A stretch of DNA of 64,000 nucleotides, from assembly GCA_041690175.1 (NCBI GenBank), contig JAWLHV010000005.1:14496-78495 (forward strand), in the 5' to 3' direction. Below the pieces are notes generated by a model. The model was not told where the DNA came from. It searched no databases and saw only the letters and a list, made by a program, of their open reading frames with translations. Made by a program: the position numbers and the translations under genes. Source of the stretch: Dehalococcoidia bacterium. GTDB taxonomy: Bacteria; Chloroflexota; Dehalococcoidia; UBA2979. Each line of letters opens with the position of its first letter. The first letter of the stretch is position 1. Below are positions 37,820-45,301 of this stretch, piece by piece.

Positions 37820-38098
37820 CTACAGCCCGCCGGCCAGCGCCGGCAGGAAGGAGACGGTGTCGCCGTCCTTCAGGGCCGTGTCCTTGCCCCCCAGGTACCG
37901 CACGTCCTCGTCGTTCAGGTAGATGTTCACGAAGCGACGGAGGTCGCCGTTCTCGTCCACCACGCGCGAGGCGAACCCCGGGTAGTTGTCCTCGATGCGG
38001 TCGATCAACTCGCCGACGGTGGAGCCGTCAGCCGTGAACTCACGCTGCCCGTTCACGACCTGCTGGATCACAGAGGTCACGTGTACGGTCACGGCCAT
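37820..38098 (-). CDS. cysO: CysO/ThiS/MoaD-like sulfur carrier protein (copy 1)
   Basis: 92 aa; beta-grasp signature RRFVNIYLNDEDVRYLGGKDTALKDGDTVSFLPALAGG followed by a single extra Leu before the stop. Confidence 0.8.
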   Translation of the reverse strand: MAVTVHVTSVIQQVVNGQREFTADGSTVGELIDRIEDNYPGFASRVVDENGDLRRFVNIYLNDEDVRYLGGKDTALKDGDTVSFLPALAGGL

Positions 38099-38198
38099 GC
38101 GTCCGTCCTTCCCTCGCGTGGGGCGGCCTCGCCTGCCCCCGCCTCTCGATGGTCCCCGGCCGCCCCGCGTCGGCGAGGCGGTCCGAGGCAGCCGCCAC

Positions 38199-39053
38199 CT
38201 ACGCGGTGGCGGCCGGCATCTCCAGCGGCGGCGAGCCGCAGAAGGCGTCGTAGTCGATCAGTTCGGTCACCGTCGGGTTGTCACCGCAGAGCGGGCAGGA
38301 CGGGTCGCGCCGCAACTTCATGGTGCGGAACTCCATGGTCAGCGCGTCCACCAGCAGCAGGCGGTTCACCAGCGGGTTACCGATGTCCAGGATCTGCTTG
38401 AAGACCTCGGTGGCCTGGATGGAGCCCACGATGCCCGTGATCGCGCCCAGCACGCCGGCCTCCGCGCAGGAGGGCACCAGTCCCGGGGGCGGGGGGTCCG
38501 GGTAGAGGCAGCGGTAGCAGCCGCTGCCCGGCTTGTAGACCGTGGCCTGCCCGTCGAAGAGCAGGATCGCGCCGTCCACCAGCGTCTTCCCGGCCAGGTA
38601 GCAGGCGTCGTTCACCAGGTAGCGGGTGGCGAAGTTGTCCGCCCCGTTCACCACGATGTCGTAGTCCCCGATGATCTCCATCGCGTTGTCGCTGGTGATC
38701 GGCGTGTGGTGCTTCACCACCTGCACGTGCGGGTTGTAGGCGTTGAGTTTCTCCTCAGCGGAGACGATCTTCGGCTTGCCCACGTCCGCCGTCTGGTGCA
38801 GCACCTGCCGCTGCAGGTTGGAGAGGTCCACCACGTCGAACTCGACGAGGCCGATCTTCCCCACGCCGGCCAGCGCCAGGTAGAGCGCCACCGGCCCGCC
38901 GAGGCCGCCCGCACCGATCACCAGCACCTTAGCGTTGCGCAGTTTGCGCTGACCCTGCGGGCCCACCTGCGGCATGATGATGTGCCGCGAGTAGCGCATC
39001 ACCTCGTCCGGCGTGAGCGCCTCGGAACGTGGTGTCGTGGCTGCATCAGACAT
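38199..39053 (-). CDS. moeB: MoeB/ThiF-family E1-like adenylyltransferase (MoeZ-like, no rhodanese domain)
   Basis: ORF trimmed to MSDAATTP; YSRHI...VLVIGAGGLGGPVALYLALAGVG; zinc ligands CYRC and CPLC. Confidence 0.9.
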   Translation of the reverse strand: MSDAATTPRSEALTPDEVMRYSRHIIMPQVGPQGQRKLRNAKVLVIGAGGLGGPVALYLALAGVGKIGLVEFDVVDLSNLQRQVLHQTADVGKPKIVSAEEKLNAYNPHVQVVKHHTPITSDNAMEIIGDYDIVVNGADNFATRYLVNDACYLAGKTLVDGAILLFDGQATVYKPGSGCYRCLYPDPPPPGLVPSCAEAGVLGAITGIVGSIQATEVFKQILDIGNPLVNRLLLVDALTMEFRTMKLRRDPSCPLCGDNPTVTELIDYDAFCGSPPLEMPAATA

Positions 39054-39339
39054 CGGATTCCCCCGATCCACCCGCCAGCGCGGGGATGACGGCAACCTGG
39101 TCGCCGTCCGAAACCTTGGTGTCGATCCCATCGAGATCATGGATCTCGGTGTTGTTCAGGTAGACGTTGATGTGCGTGGGGACGCGGTGGTCGGCGTCGT
39201 AGACCAGGTTCGCGAACCCGGGAAAGACCCGCTCCACGGCGTCCAGCACCTCCCCCACCGTATCGCCCTCCACCGTGACGTTCTCGCGGTTCGCCGTGAT
39301 CCGCCGGAACGGGGAGGGGATGTACACGCTGACCGGCAT
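39046..39339 (-). CDS. cysO: CysO/ThiS/MoaD-like sulfur carrier protein (copy 2) with C-terminal extension beyond GG
   Basis: MPVSVYIPSP...GFANLVYDADHRVPTHINVYLNNTEI...DGDQVAVIPALAGG-SGESDV; aligns along its whole length with copy 1. Confidence 0.8.
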   Translation of the reverse strand: MPVSVYIPSPFRRITANRENVTVEGDTVGEVLDAVERVFPGFANLVYDADHRVPTHINVYLNNTEIHDLDGIDTKVSDGDQVAVIPALAGGSGESDV

Positions 39340-39402
39340 GCCGATCCTGATCACTGTGCCCGCGGGCCCGCCGGGGAGCCGCGAGGCGTCCGTGTTGACT
39401 GC

Positions 39403-40344
39403 CTACATCGATACCGTCAGGTAGCGCTCACCGGTGTCGCAGAGCATCGTGACTACCCGCTTGCCGGGGCCCAGTGCCCGCGCCACCTTGAGCGCAGCCC
39501 AGACATTGGCGCCGGAGGAGATGCCGACCAGCAGCCCCTCCTCCCGCGTCAGCCGCTTCGTCATCTCCAGCGCGTCCTCGTCCCGGACGCCGATGATCTC
39601 GTCATAGACCTCGCGGTTCAGGACGGTCGGCACGAAGGACGCGCCGATTCCCTGGATGCCGTGGATGCCCGCGCGCCCGCCCTGCAGCACCGGCGCCCGC
39701 GAAGGCTCCACCGCCACGATGCGCGCGTCCACGCCCTCTGCCCGCAGCACCTCGCCCACGCCGGTCACCGTGCCGCCCGTGCCCACGCCGGCGACAAAGG
39801 CGTCCAGCGCGCCGCCGGTGGCGGCCAGGATCTCGCGTGCGGTCGTGGCGCGGTGGGCCTCCGGGTTGGCCGGGTTCTCGAACTGGCCCAGCATCACGTA
39901 GCCGTGCTTCTCCACCAGTTCCTGGGCGGCGTGCACCGCGCCCGTCATGCCCTCGATGGCCGGGGTCAGCACCAACTGCGCGCCGAAGCGCTCCAGCAGG
40001 CGGCGGCGCTCCACGCTCATGTCCTCCGGCATGGTCAGCACCAGCCGGTAGCCCTTGGTGGCGCAGACCATGGCCAGGCCAATGCCGGTGTTGCCGGACG
40101 TGGGCTCCACCAGCGTGTCGCCCGCCTTCAGGGTGCCGGCCGCCTCCGCCTGCTCCACCATGGAGCGGGCGATGCGGTCCTTCACGGAGCCGCCAGGATT
40201 GAAGACCTCGAACTTGCCCAGGACCTCCGCGCAGCGATCGTCGACCACGCGGTTCAGCCGCACGAGCGGCGTGTTGCCAATGAGGTCCAACACGGAAGCC
40301 GCAATGGCGGGCTGGCGCGTCGTCGACTGGTCCGGGGCAACCAC
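39403..40344 (-). CDS. cysM: cysteine synthase (CysK/CysM family), second copy
   Basis: GTG start with AGGAG 6 nt upstream (VVAPDQ...SVLDLIGNTPLV...GGSVKDR...TSGNTGIGLA). Confidence 0.85.
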   Translation of the reverse strand: MVAPDQSTTRQPAIAASVLDLIGNTPLVRLNRVVDDRCAEVLGKFEVFNPGGSVKDRIARSMVEQAEAAGTLKAGDTLVEPTSGNTGIGLAMVCATKGYRLVLTMPEDMSVERRRLLERFGAQLVLTPAIEGMTGAVHAAQELVEKHGYVMLGQFENPANPEAHRATTAREILAATGGALDAFVAGVGTGGTVTGVGEVLRAEGVDARIVAVEPSRAPVLQGGRAGIHGIQGIGASFVPTVLNREVYDEIIGVRDEDALEMTKRLTREEGLLVGISSGANVWAALKVARALGPGKRVVTMLCDTGERYLTVSM

Positions 40345-40376
40345 GATGGCTCCTGTGTCCGCGAGACTCGAGTCCG

Positions 40377-40817
40377 CTAGATGCTGTAGTTGATCACGGC
40401 CTGCTGCTCGTGTTCCCGCTCGTGTTCCACGAGCTGGGCAACCGAGACGGCGGCCAGCGTCTTGCGCATGTTGTCGTAGATCTCCTGCCAGACCCACTCC
40501 TGGCCGCAGATCGCCTCCTGGCCCGGGACGGTGTTGTCCAGGCAGGCGAGCGGGGCCAGCGAGCCCTCCAGCGCCTCCAGCACGTGCAGCAGGCAGATCT
40601 CCTCCGCCGGCTTCGCCAGCAGGTGCCCGCCGCCCGGACCGCGCACGCTCCGCACGAAGCCCGCGCGACGCAGTTGCGCCAGCAGGTGGTCCAGGTAGGA
40701 CTCCGGGATCTGCCGGCGACGCGCGATCTCCGCCCGCTGCACGGGGCCGGAGCCCTCGTGCTTCGCGAGGTCGATCATGGCGCGGACGCCGTAGTCACCC
40801 TTGGTGCTCAGGAGCAT
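40377..40817 (-). CDS. Rrf2 family transcriptional regulator (CymR/IscR-like)
   Basis: ORF trimmed to MLLSTKGDYGVRAMIDLA...; wHTH; first gene of the cysteine cluster. Confidence 0.85.
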   Translation of the reverse strand: MLLSTKGDYGVRAMIDLAKHEGSGPVQRAEIARRRQIPESYLDHLLAQLRRAGFVRSVRGPGGGHLLAKPAEEICLLHVLEALEGSLAPLACLDNTVPGQEAICGQEWVWQEIYDNMRKTLAAVSVAQLVEHEREHEQQAVINYSI

Positions 40818-40965
40818 GATGCGAGCCGGATACCCCCGCCGGAGGCACCGCTGGCGGGCTTCCGACAATTCACGACTAAATCAGTCGACATTGTACCAGA
40901 TACCTCCCCTCCGTATAGTTCGCGCCTCACCAGCCCAGCACCGCCTGCCCCCAGGAGTACCGCCC

Positions 40966-41460
40966 ATGCCGCCCGCCGACCCGCCCGTCCACGAGCGCGA
41001 CGTCTTTGCCACGCGCCTGCGCGCCGTCTTCGAGCGGCTGGCGGAGAACGTGGAGGCCATCCCCACCGCCGAGTTGGACACGAGGGTCCTGGCGGACGGG
41101 AACACCCCGGCAGTGCTGGTGGCGCATGTGCTGGGCTCCGCCCGCGCGTCCGTCCTGGGCATCGGCTGCGGCATCGAGGTCGAGCGGAACCGCGCAGACG
41201 AGTTCGCGGCAGAGGGCGGCACGCCGGCAGGCCTGGGGGCGGCACTGCGGGCGTTCCTGCAGGAGGCGGAACGCGCGCTGGCCGGCACGCCGGACGGCTA
41301 CCTGGACCAGGTGGTGACGCCGCCGCAGGCCTGGCTCGGACTGGTCCCGCAGCAACCGATGGCTCGCCGCGCGGCGATCCTCTCCTCCATCGCCCACGCC
41401 TCGGAGCACCTGGGCGAGTTGATGTTCATCAAGGACACCCTGGCGGCGCGTGACCGATAG
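40966..41460 (+). CDS. DinB-family (DinB_2 / mycothiol maleylpyruvate isomerase N-terminal-like) protein
   Basis: MPPADPPVHERDVFATRLRAVFERLAENVEAIP...; AGGAG RBS; conserved His in HASEHLGEL. Confidence 0.6.
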   Translation: MPPADPPVHERDVFATRLRAVFERLAENVEAIPTAELDTRVLADGNTPAVLVAHVLGSARASVLGIGCGIEVERNRADEFAAEGGTPAGLGAALRAFLQEAERALAGTPDGYLDQVVTPPQAWLGLVPQQPMARRAAILSSIAHASEHLGELMFIKDTLAARDR

Positions 41461-41514
41461 GCCGGTGCACCGGGTCGGTTGACGGACCCGCTCGCTCTCT
41501 ATAACCTCTCGGTT

Positions 41515-41892
41515 ATGGAACAAGCCGCCGCCGTGCACGGACCGGAACCGCTGGACGCGGTCTTCGCCGCGCTGGCGGATCCCACGCGGCGGGCGATCCT
41601 CGCGCGGCTCGCGCAGGGCGAGGCGTCGGTGGCCGAACTCGGCGAACCTTTCGAGATGAGCCAGCCTGCGATCTCCAAGCACCTGAAGGTACTGGAGCGG
41701 GCAGGGCTGATCTCGCGCCACCGCGACCGCCAGCGCCGTCCCTGCCGCCTGGAGGCCCAGCCCATGGCGGACGCCACCGCCTGGCTGGAGCGCTACCGCC
41801 AGCACTGGGAAGGCCAGTTCCAGCAACTCGATGCCCTTCTCGTGGAGATGAAGGGGCTCGCAGAGATGAAGTCGGGCACGGCCCGCCCGTAG
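41515..41892 (+). CDS. ArsR/SmtB family transcriptional regulator
   Basis: ALADPTRRAILARLAQGEASVAELGEPFEMSQPAISKHLKVLERAGLI. Confidence 0.8.
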   Translation: MEQAAAVHGPEPLDAVFAALADPTRRAILARLAQGEASVAELGEPFEMSQPAISKHLKVLERAGLISRHRDRQRRPCRLEAQPMADATAWLERYRQHWEGQFQQLDALLVEMKGLAEMKSGTARP

Positions 41893-41924
41893 CCCACTAC
41901 GAACCGGTACGAAGGAGTCTCCCC

Positions 41925-42410
41925 ATGCCCGCAGCCACCGAGGTCGTCGCGCAGGGCGACCGCGCCATCCGCGTCACACGCGACTTCGATGCCCCCGTCG
42001 CCCTGGTCTGGGACGCGTTCACCAGGCCGGAGTTGCTCCAGCGCTGGATGGGCGTCTTCGGCGACTGGGAGTGGGAGTCCTGCGAGAGCGACCTCCGCGA
42101 GGGCGGCTCGTGGCGCTACGCCTGGAAGCAGCGGGAGGGCACGGGCCGCCTCGTGCTGGCGGGCACCTACCGCGAGGTGGTGCGCCACCAGCGCATCGTG
42201 ATGACGCAGCGCTACGAGATGGAGGGCCTCCCGGATTTCGGGGAGATGCTGGTCACCACCACCTTTACCGAGTCGGACGGCCGCACCCTCCTGGACGAGG
42301 TGGTGGAGTACCAGACCGCCGAGGCCCGTGACATGGACCTCCAGAACATGCCGCAGGGCCTGGAGCCGGGCTTCGCCATGCTGGACGGCGTGCTGGCGTC
42401 GTTGCGCTGA
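41925..42410 (+). CDS. SRPBCC / AHSA1-like (activator of Hsp90 ATPase homologue) domain protein
   Basis: IRVTRDFDAPVALVWDAFTRPELLQRWMG...; a typical partner of ArsR regulators. Confidence 0.7.
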   Translation: MPAATEVVAQGDRAIRVTRDFDAPVALVWDAFTRPELLQRWMGVFGDWEWESCESDLREGGSWRYAWKQREGTGRLVLAGTYREVVRHQRIVMTQRYEMEGLPDFGEMLVTTTFTESDGRTLLDEVVEYQTAEARDMDLQNMPQGLEPGFAMLDGVLASLR

Positions 42411-42419
42411 TCGAGGGGT

Positions 42420-42640
42420 GCTCCCTCCGGCCCCCTCCCAGTGGGGTGCGGGAAGTCCCCTCGAGGTTCACCCGCAGCATCGAAGAGGGCGCAGCACGCT
42501 GCGCCCCTACGACGGACAGCCGGTCTGGCCACACCTCGAAGGGCGCCGGCCACCTCCGGCCCCCCTCTCCTTCCCACAGAGGGAAGGAGAGGGTTGGGAG
42601 GGGGGTCTCCGCCTCTGCCCGCTCGGCCTAGCCCGGGAGT
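42420..42640. repeat. partial copy of the GC-rich palindromic repeat element
   Basis: shares gggcgcagcacgctgcgcccctacgacgg and cccctctccttcccacagagggaaggagagggttgggaggggggtctccgcctc with 8605-9130 and 57960-58080. Confidence 0.75.
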
Positions 42641-42641
42641 C

Positions 42642-42920
42642 CTACGCGCCGCCCGCCACGGCCGGAACAATGGAGACCTCGTCGCCATCCTTCAGACCCG
42701 TGGTCAGGCCCTGCAGGAAGCGGACGTCCTCGCCGTTCACGTAGATGTTCACGAAGCGGCGGATCTCCCCGCCCTCGTCCAGCAGGCGCTCGCGCATGCC
42801 GGGGAACTGGCCCTCCAGCGTCGCCACCACGGACTGCAGGTCGCCGGGCTCCGTGTTCACGGTGTCCTGGTTCTGCGTCAGGTTGCGCAGGGGGGTGGGG
42901 ATCTTCACCTTCACGGCCAT
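42642..42920 (-). CDS. ThiS/MoaD/CysO-like sulfur carrier protein (copy 3; GG followed by a single Ala)
   Basis: ORF 42642..43127 trimmed to MAVKVKIPTPLRNL...RRFVNIYVNGEDVRFLQGLTTGLKDGDEVSIVPAVAGGA; last gene of the riboswitch-controlled operon. Confidence 0.75.
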   Translation of the reverse strand: MAVKVKIPTPLRNLTQNQDTVNTEPGDLQSVVATLEGQFPGMRERLLDEGGEIRRFVNIYVNGEDVRFLQGLTTGLKDGDEVSIVPAVAGGA

Positions 42921-43009
42921 CGTTCGGACTCCTCGTCCCGGTCGGTCCCGGGTCAGTGTTGTGTTGTGCTCGTTCTTCGATTCGGCCCGCGGTTCGGTCT
43001 GGGGGCTCG

Positions 43010-43252
43010 CTAACCCTCGACGACGTCGCCCAGGGTGGCCTCGTCCACGCGGACGCCCTTGCTGCGCACCCAGTCCAGGGCGCGGCCCACCTCGTCGTCG
43101 TCGCCTTCCAGGCCCAGGACCACCCACCCCACCTTGGCGTCCACGTCCGCCATGCGGATGTTGGTGATCACCCGGAACTCCTGCCCCAACTGGTAGATCA
43201 GCGGTTCCTTGATGAGTTCCGGGCTGAAGGTCAGTCGCACGTGCTTTTCCAT
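43010..43252 (-). CDS. NIL-domain protein (80 aa)
   Basis: EPLIYQLGQEFRVITNIRMADVD...GWVVLGLEGDDDEVGRALDWVRSKGVRVD resembles the MetN C-terminal NIL domain; lies between the ThrC-like and ThiS-like genes. Confidence 0.65.
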   Translation of the reverse strand: MEKHVRLTFSPELIKEPLIYQLGQEFRVITNIRMADVDAKVGWVVLGLEGDDDEVGRALDWVRSKGVRVDEATLGDVVEG

Positions 43253-43264
43253 GGTGAGGGCCTC

Positions 43265-44518
43265 CTAGGCCGTGACCGGCTCGCCGGAGCGCGCGCGCCG
43301 CGCTTCCACGAAGGACTCTACCGTTGGCTGGACGTGCAGGGGCGCCTCCACCTCGTCCATCACCGCCTCGATGGTCTTCAGGCCGCCGCCGGAGATGATC
43401 GCCACCGTCTCCTCGTCCCGGGGGATGAAGCCGGACTGCACCATCTTCCGCAGACAGGCGATGGTCACGCCGCCCGCAGTCTCCGCGAAGACGCCCTCCG
43501 TCTCCGCCAGCAACTTGATGCCCTCCACCACCTCGGCGTCGGTCACCATCTCCGCGCCGCCGCCGGTCTCCTGCATCTGCTTCAGCGCGTAGTAGCCGTC
43601 CGCCGGATTGCCGATGGCCAGCGACTTCGCGATGGTGTTCGGCTTCTGCGGGACAAAGTTCAGCGTGTCGTTCGCGTAGGCCGTGGCAATGGGCGAGCAG
43701 CCCTCCGCCTGGGCGCCGGACATACGCGTCTTCGGCTCATCGATGAGCCCCACCTTGTGGAACTCCTGCAGGCCCTTCCAGATCTTCGTGTACATGGAGC
43801 CGGACGCCATGGGCGCCACGATGTGCTGCGGCGCGCGCCAGCCCAGTTGCTCCGCGATCTCATAGCCCAGCGTGCGCGAGCCCTCCGCGTAGAAGGGACG
43901 CACGTTGATGTTCACGAAGGCCCAGTTGAACTGCATGGACAGTTCCGTGCACAGGCGGTTCACGTCGTCATAGGAGCCGCGCACGGTGACCAGCGTGGGG
44001 TCATAGATGGCGGAGCCCACCACCTTGCCCTTCTCCAGGTCGTCCGGGATGAAGACCAGGCACTCCATGCCCGCGCCGGCGGCGTGCGCCGCCACGGAGT
44101 TGGCCAGGTTGCCCGTGGACGCGCAGGCGATGGCGTCGAAGCCGAACTCCCTGGCCTTGGCGATCGCCACGGAGACCACGCGGTCCTTGAAGGACCAGGT
44201 GGGGTTCACGGTGTCGTTCTTGATCCAGAGCGTGTCCAAGCCAATGGCCTTCGCCAGGCGGTCGGCGCGGATCAGCGGCGTGTAGCCGTCGCCCAGGTCC
44301 ACCTTGTAGGCGGGGTCGCAGGGCAGCAGGTTGGCGTAGCGCCAGAGCGTGGTGGGGCCGGCGGCAATGGTGTCGCGCGTGGTGGCCTCGCGGATCGCGT
44401 CATAGTCGTACGCGACCTCCAGCGGGCCGAAGCAGAACTCGCACGAGAAGATCGGCGCAATCTCGTACTCGCGGCTGCACTCGCGACACTTCAGAGCGCG
44501 ATGGAACGATGCGGACAT
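43265..44518 (-). CDS. threonine synthase-like PLP enzyme with N-terminal zinc ribbon (predicted homocysteine synthase, MetM-like)
   Basis: LKCRECSREYEIAPIFSCEFCFGPLE then the PLP fold (SFKDR...) over 417 aa; AGGAAGG RBS; preceded by a SAM-I riboswitch. Confidence 0.85.
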   Translation of the reverse strand: MSASFHRALKCRECSREYEIAPIFSCEFCFGPLEVAYDYDAIREATTRDTIAAGPTTLWRYANLLPCDPAYKVDLGDGYTPLIRADRLAKAIGLDTLWIKNDTVNPTWSFKDRVVSVAIAKAREFGFDAIACASTGNLANSVAAHAAGAGMECLVFIPDDLEKGKVVGSAIYDPTLVTVRGSYDDVNRLCTELSMQFNWAFVNINVRPFYAEGSRTLGYEIAEQLGWRAPQHIVAPMASGSMYTKIWKGLQEFHKVGLIDEPKTRMSGAQAEGCSPIATAYANDTLNFVPQKPNTIAKSLAIGNPADGYYALKQMQETGGGAEMVTDAEVVEGIKLLAETEGVFAETAGGVTIACLRKMVQSGFIPRDEETVAIISGGGLKTIEAVMDEVEAPLHVQPTVESFVEARRARSGEPVTA

Positions 44519-44750
44519 ACGGAGGACCTTCCTCGATGGGTTGACCGACGGAGCCAGCGCTCCGGCTGTGTCGTGGATGAGGTGGGTGCGGGAGGCCCGG
44601 TCTGCGCGCCGCGGTCTCGTGGAGGGCGGACGCGCGCCGGGCTAGCGCATCGACATGCGCGACATGCGCACGAGCATCTCACCCACGAGGAGGGTGAAGG
44701 GACGATGCGAGCCGGATGAGGAGTCGGACGAGATCATCGTGTAGCGCCTT

Positions 44751-44880
44751 CCGTTCATCTTCCCCGGCGCCCGTCCGTGTATGGCGCTCGGGCCGGAATT
44801 AGCACCGTGTCCGCCCAGGCATAGGCGACCGGTTGCCGCGGCTTCACAGGGCCGGAACCCTCCACCGCTCTGGATGAACC
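44751..44880 (-). promoter_or_regulatory. SAM-I (S-box) riboswitch aptamer
   Basis: Minus-strand transcript GGUUCAUCCAGAGCGGUGGAGGGUUCCGGCCCUGUGAAGCCGCGGCAACC...GGUGCUAAUUCCGGCCC...GGGGAAGAUGAACGG matches the S-box consensus block by block (P1 GUUCAUC/GAUGAAC, AGAGnGGUGGAGGGA, GGCCC, GAAgCC, GGCAACC, GUGCyAAUUCC). Confidence 0.85.
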
Positions 44881-44977
44881 GCCGGAGCCCCGTCGAAGGG
44901 CCAGCCCGGCAAGTCACTGACAAGGCTAGGAATCGCGCGCTTCTTCTGTCAATCCGCGCGTGTCCGAGGGGAGCCCG

Positions 44978-45301
44978 CTACCCCTCGCCGGTGGCGGTGC
45001 GGCGGGCGGCGGCGATGCGGGCGTGGTTCACGGCCGTGCGTACGGCCTCCAGGTCCACCTGCCCGCCGCTGCTCACCACCTGGCCGTCCACCTCCACCAC
45101 CGGGATCTCCAGCAGGAAGCGGCGCTCCAGGCCCTCGTCGCCCTCGATGTCCCGAGGGGCCAGGTGGAAGGGGATGGTGCGCTGGAGCGAGAGCAGCAGG
45201 GCGCGGGCCACCTCGCAGAGGTGGCAGTCACGGCGGGTGTAGAGCACCACGCTGGGGGCCTCGCCGGGGACGCGCGGCACGCCGCGCAGGTTGGCCGTCA
45301 T
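44978..45301 (-). CDS. glutaredoxin-like protein (DUF836 / glutaredoxin 2 family)
   Basis: ORF trimmed to MTANLRGVP...VVLYTRRDCHLCEVARALL...IPVVEVDG; 4-nt overlap with the lgt stop. Confidence 0.7.
   Translation of the reverse strand: MTANLRGVPRVPGEAPSVVLYTRRDCHLCEVARALLLSLQRTIPFHLAPRDIEGDEGLERRFLLEIPVVEVDGQVVSSGGQVDLEAVRTAVNHARIAAARRTATGEG

Noticed and set aside
44600-44660. Plus-strand GUGGAGGGCGG stretch resembling an S-box core
   Set aside because: The other S-box blocks are absent on that strand and there is no downstream plus-strand gene. The genuine aptamer is on the minus strand at 44751-44880.
44642-44923. 93-aa ORF across the SAM riboswitch
   Set aside because: It is fully explained by the riboswitch aptamer plus expression platform; only the short 3' mini-ORF is kept as a speculative observation.
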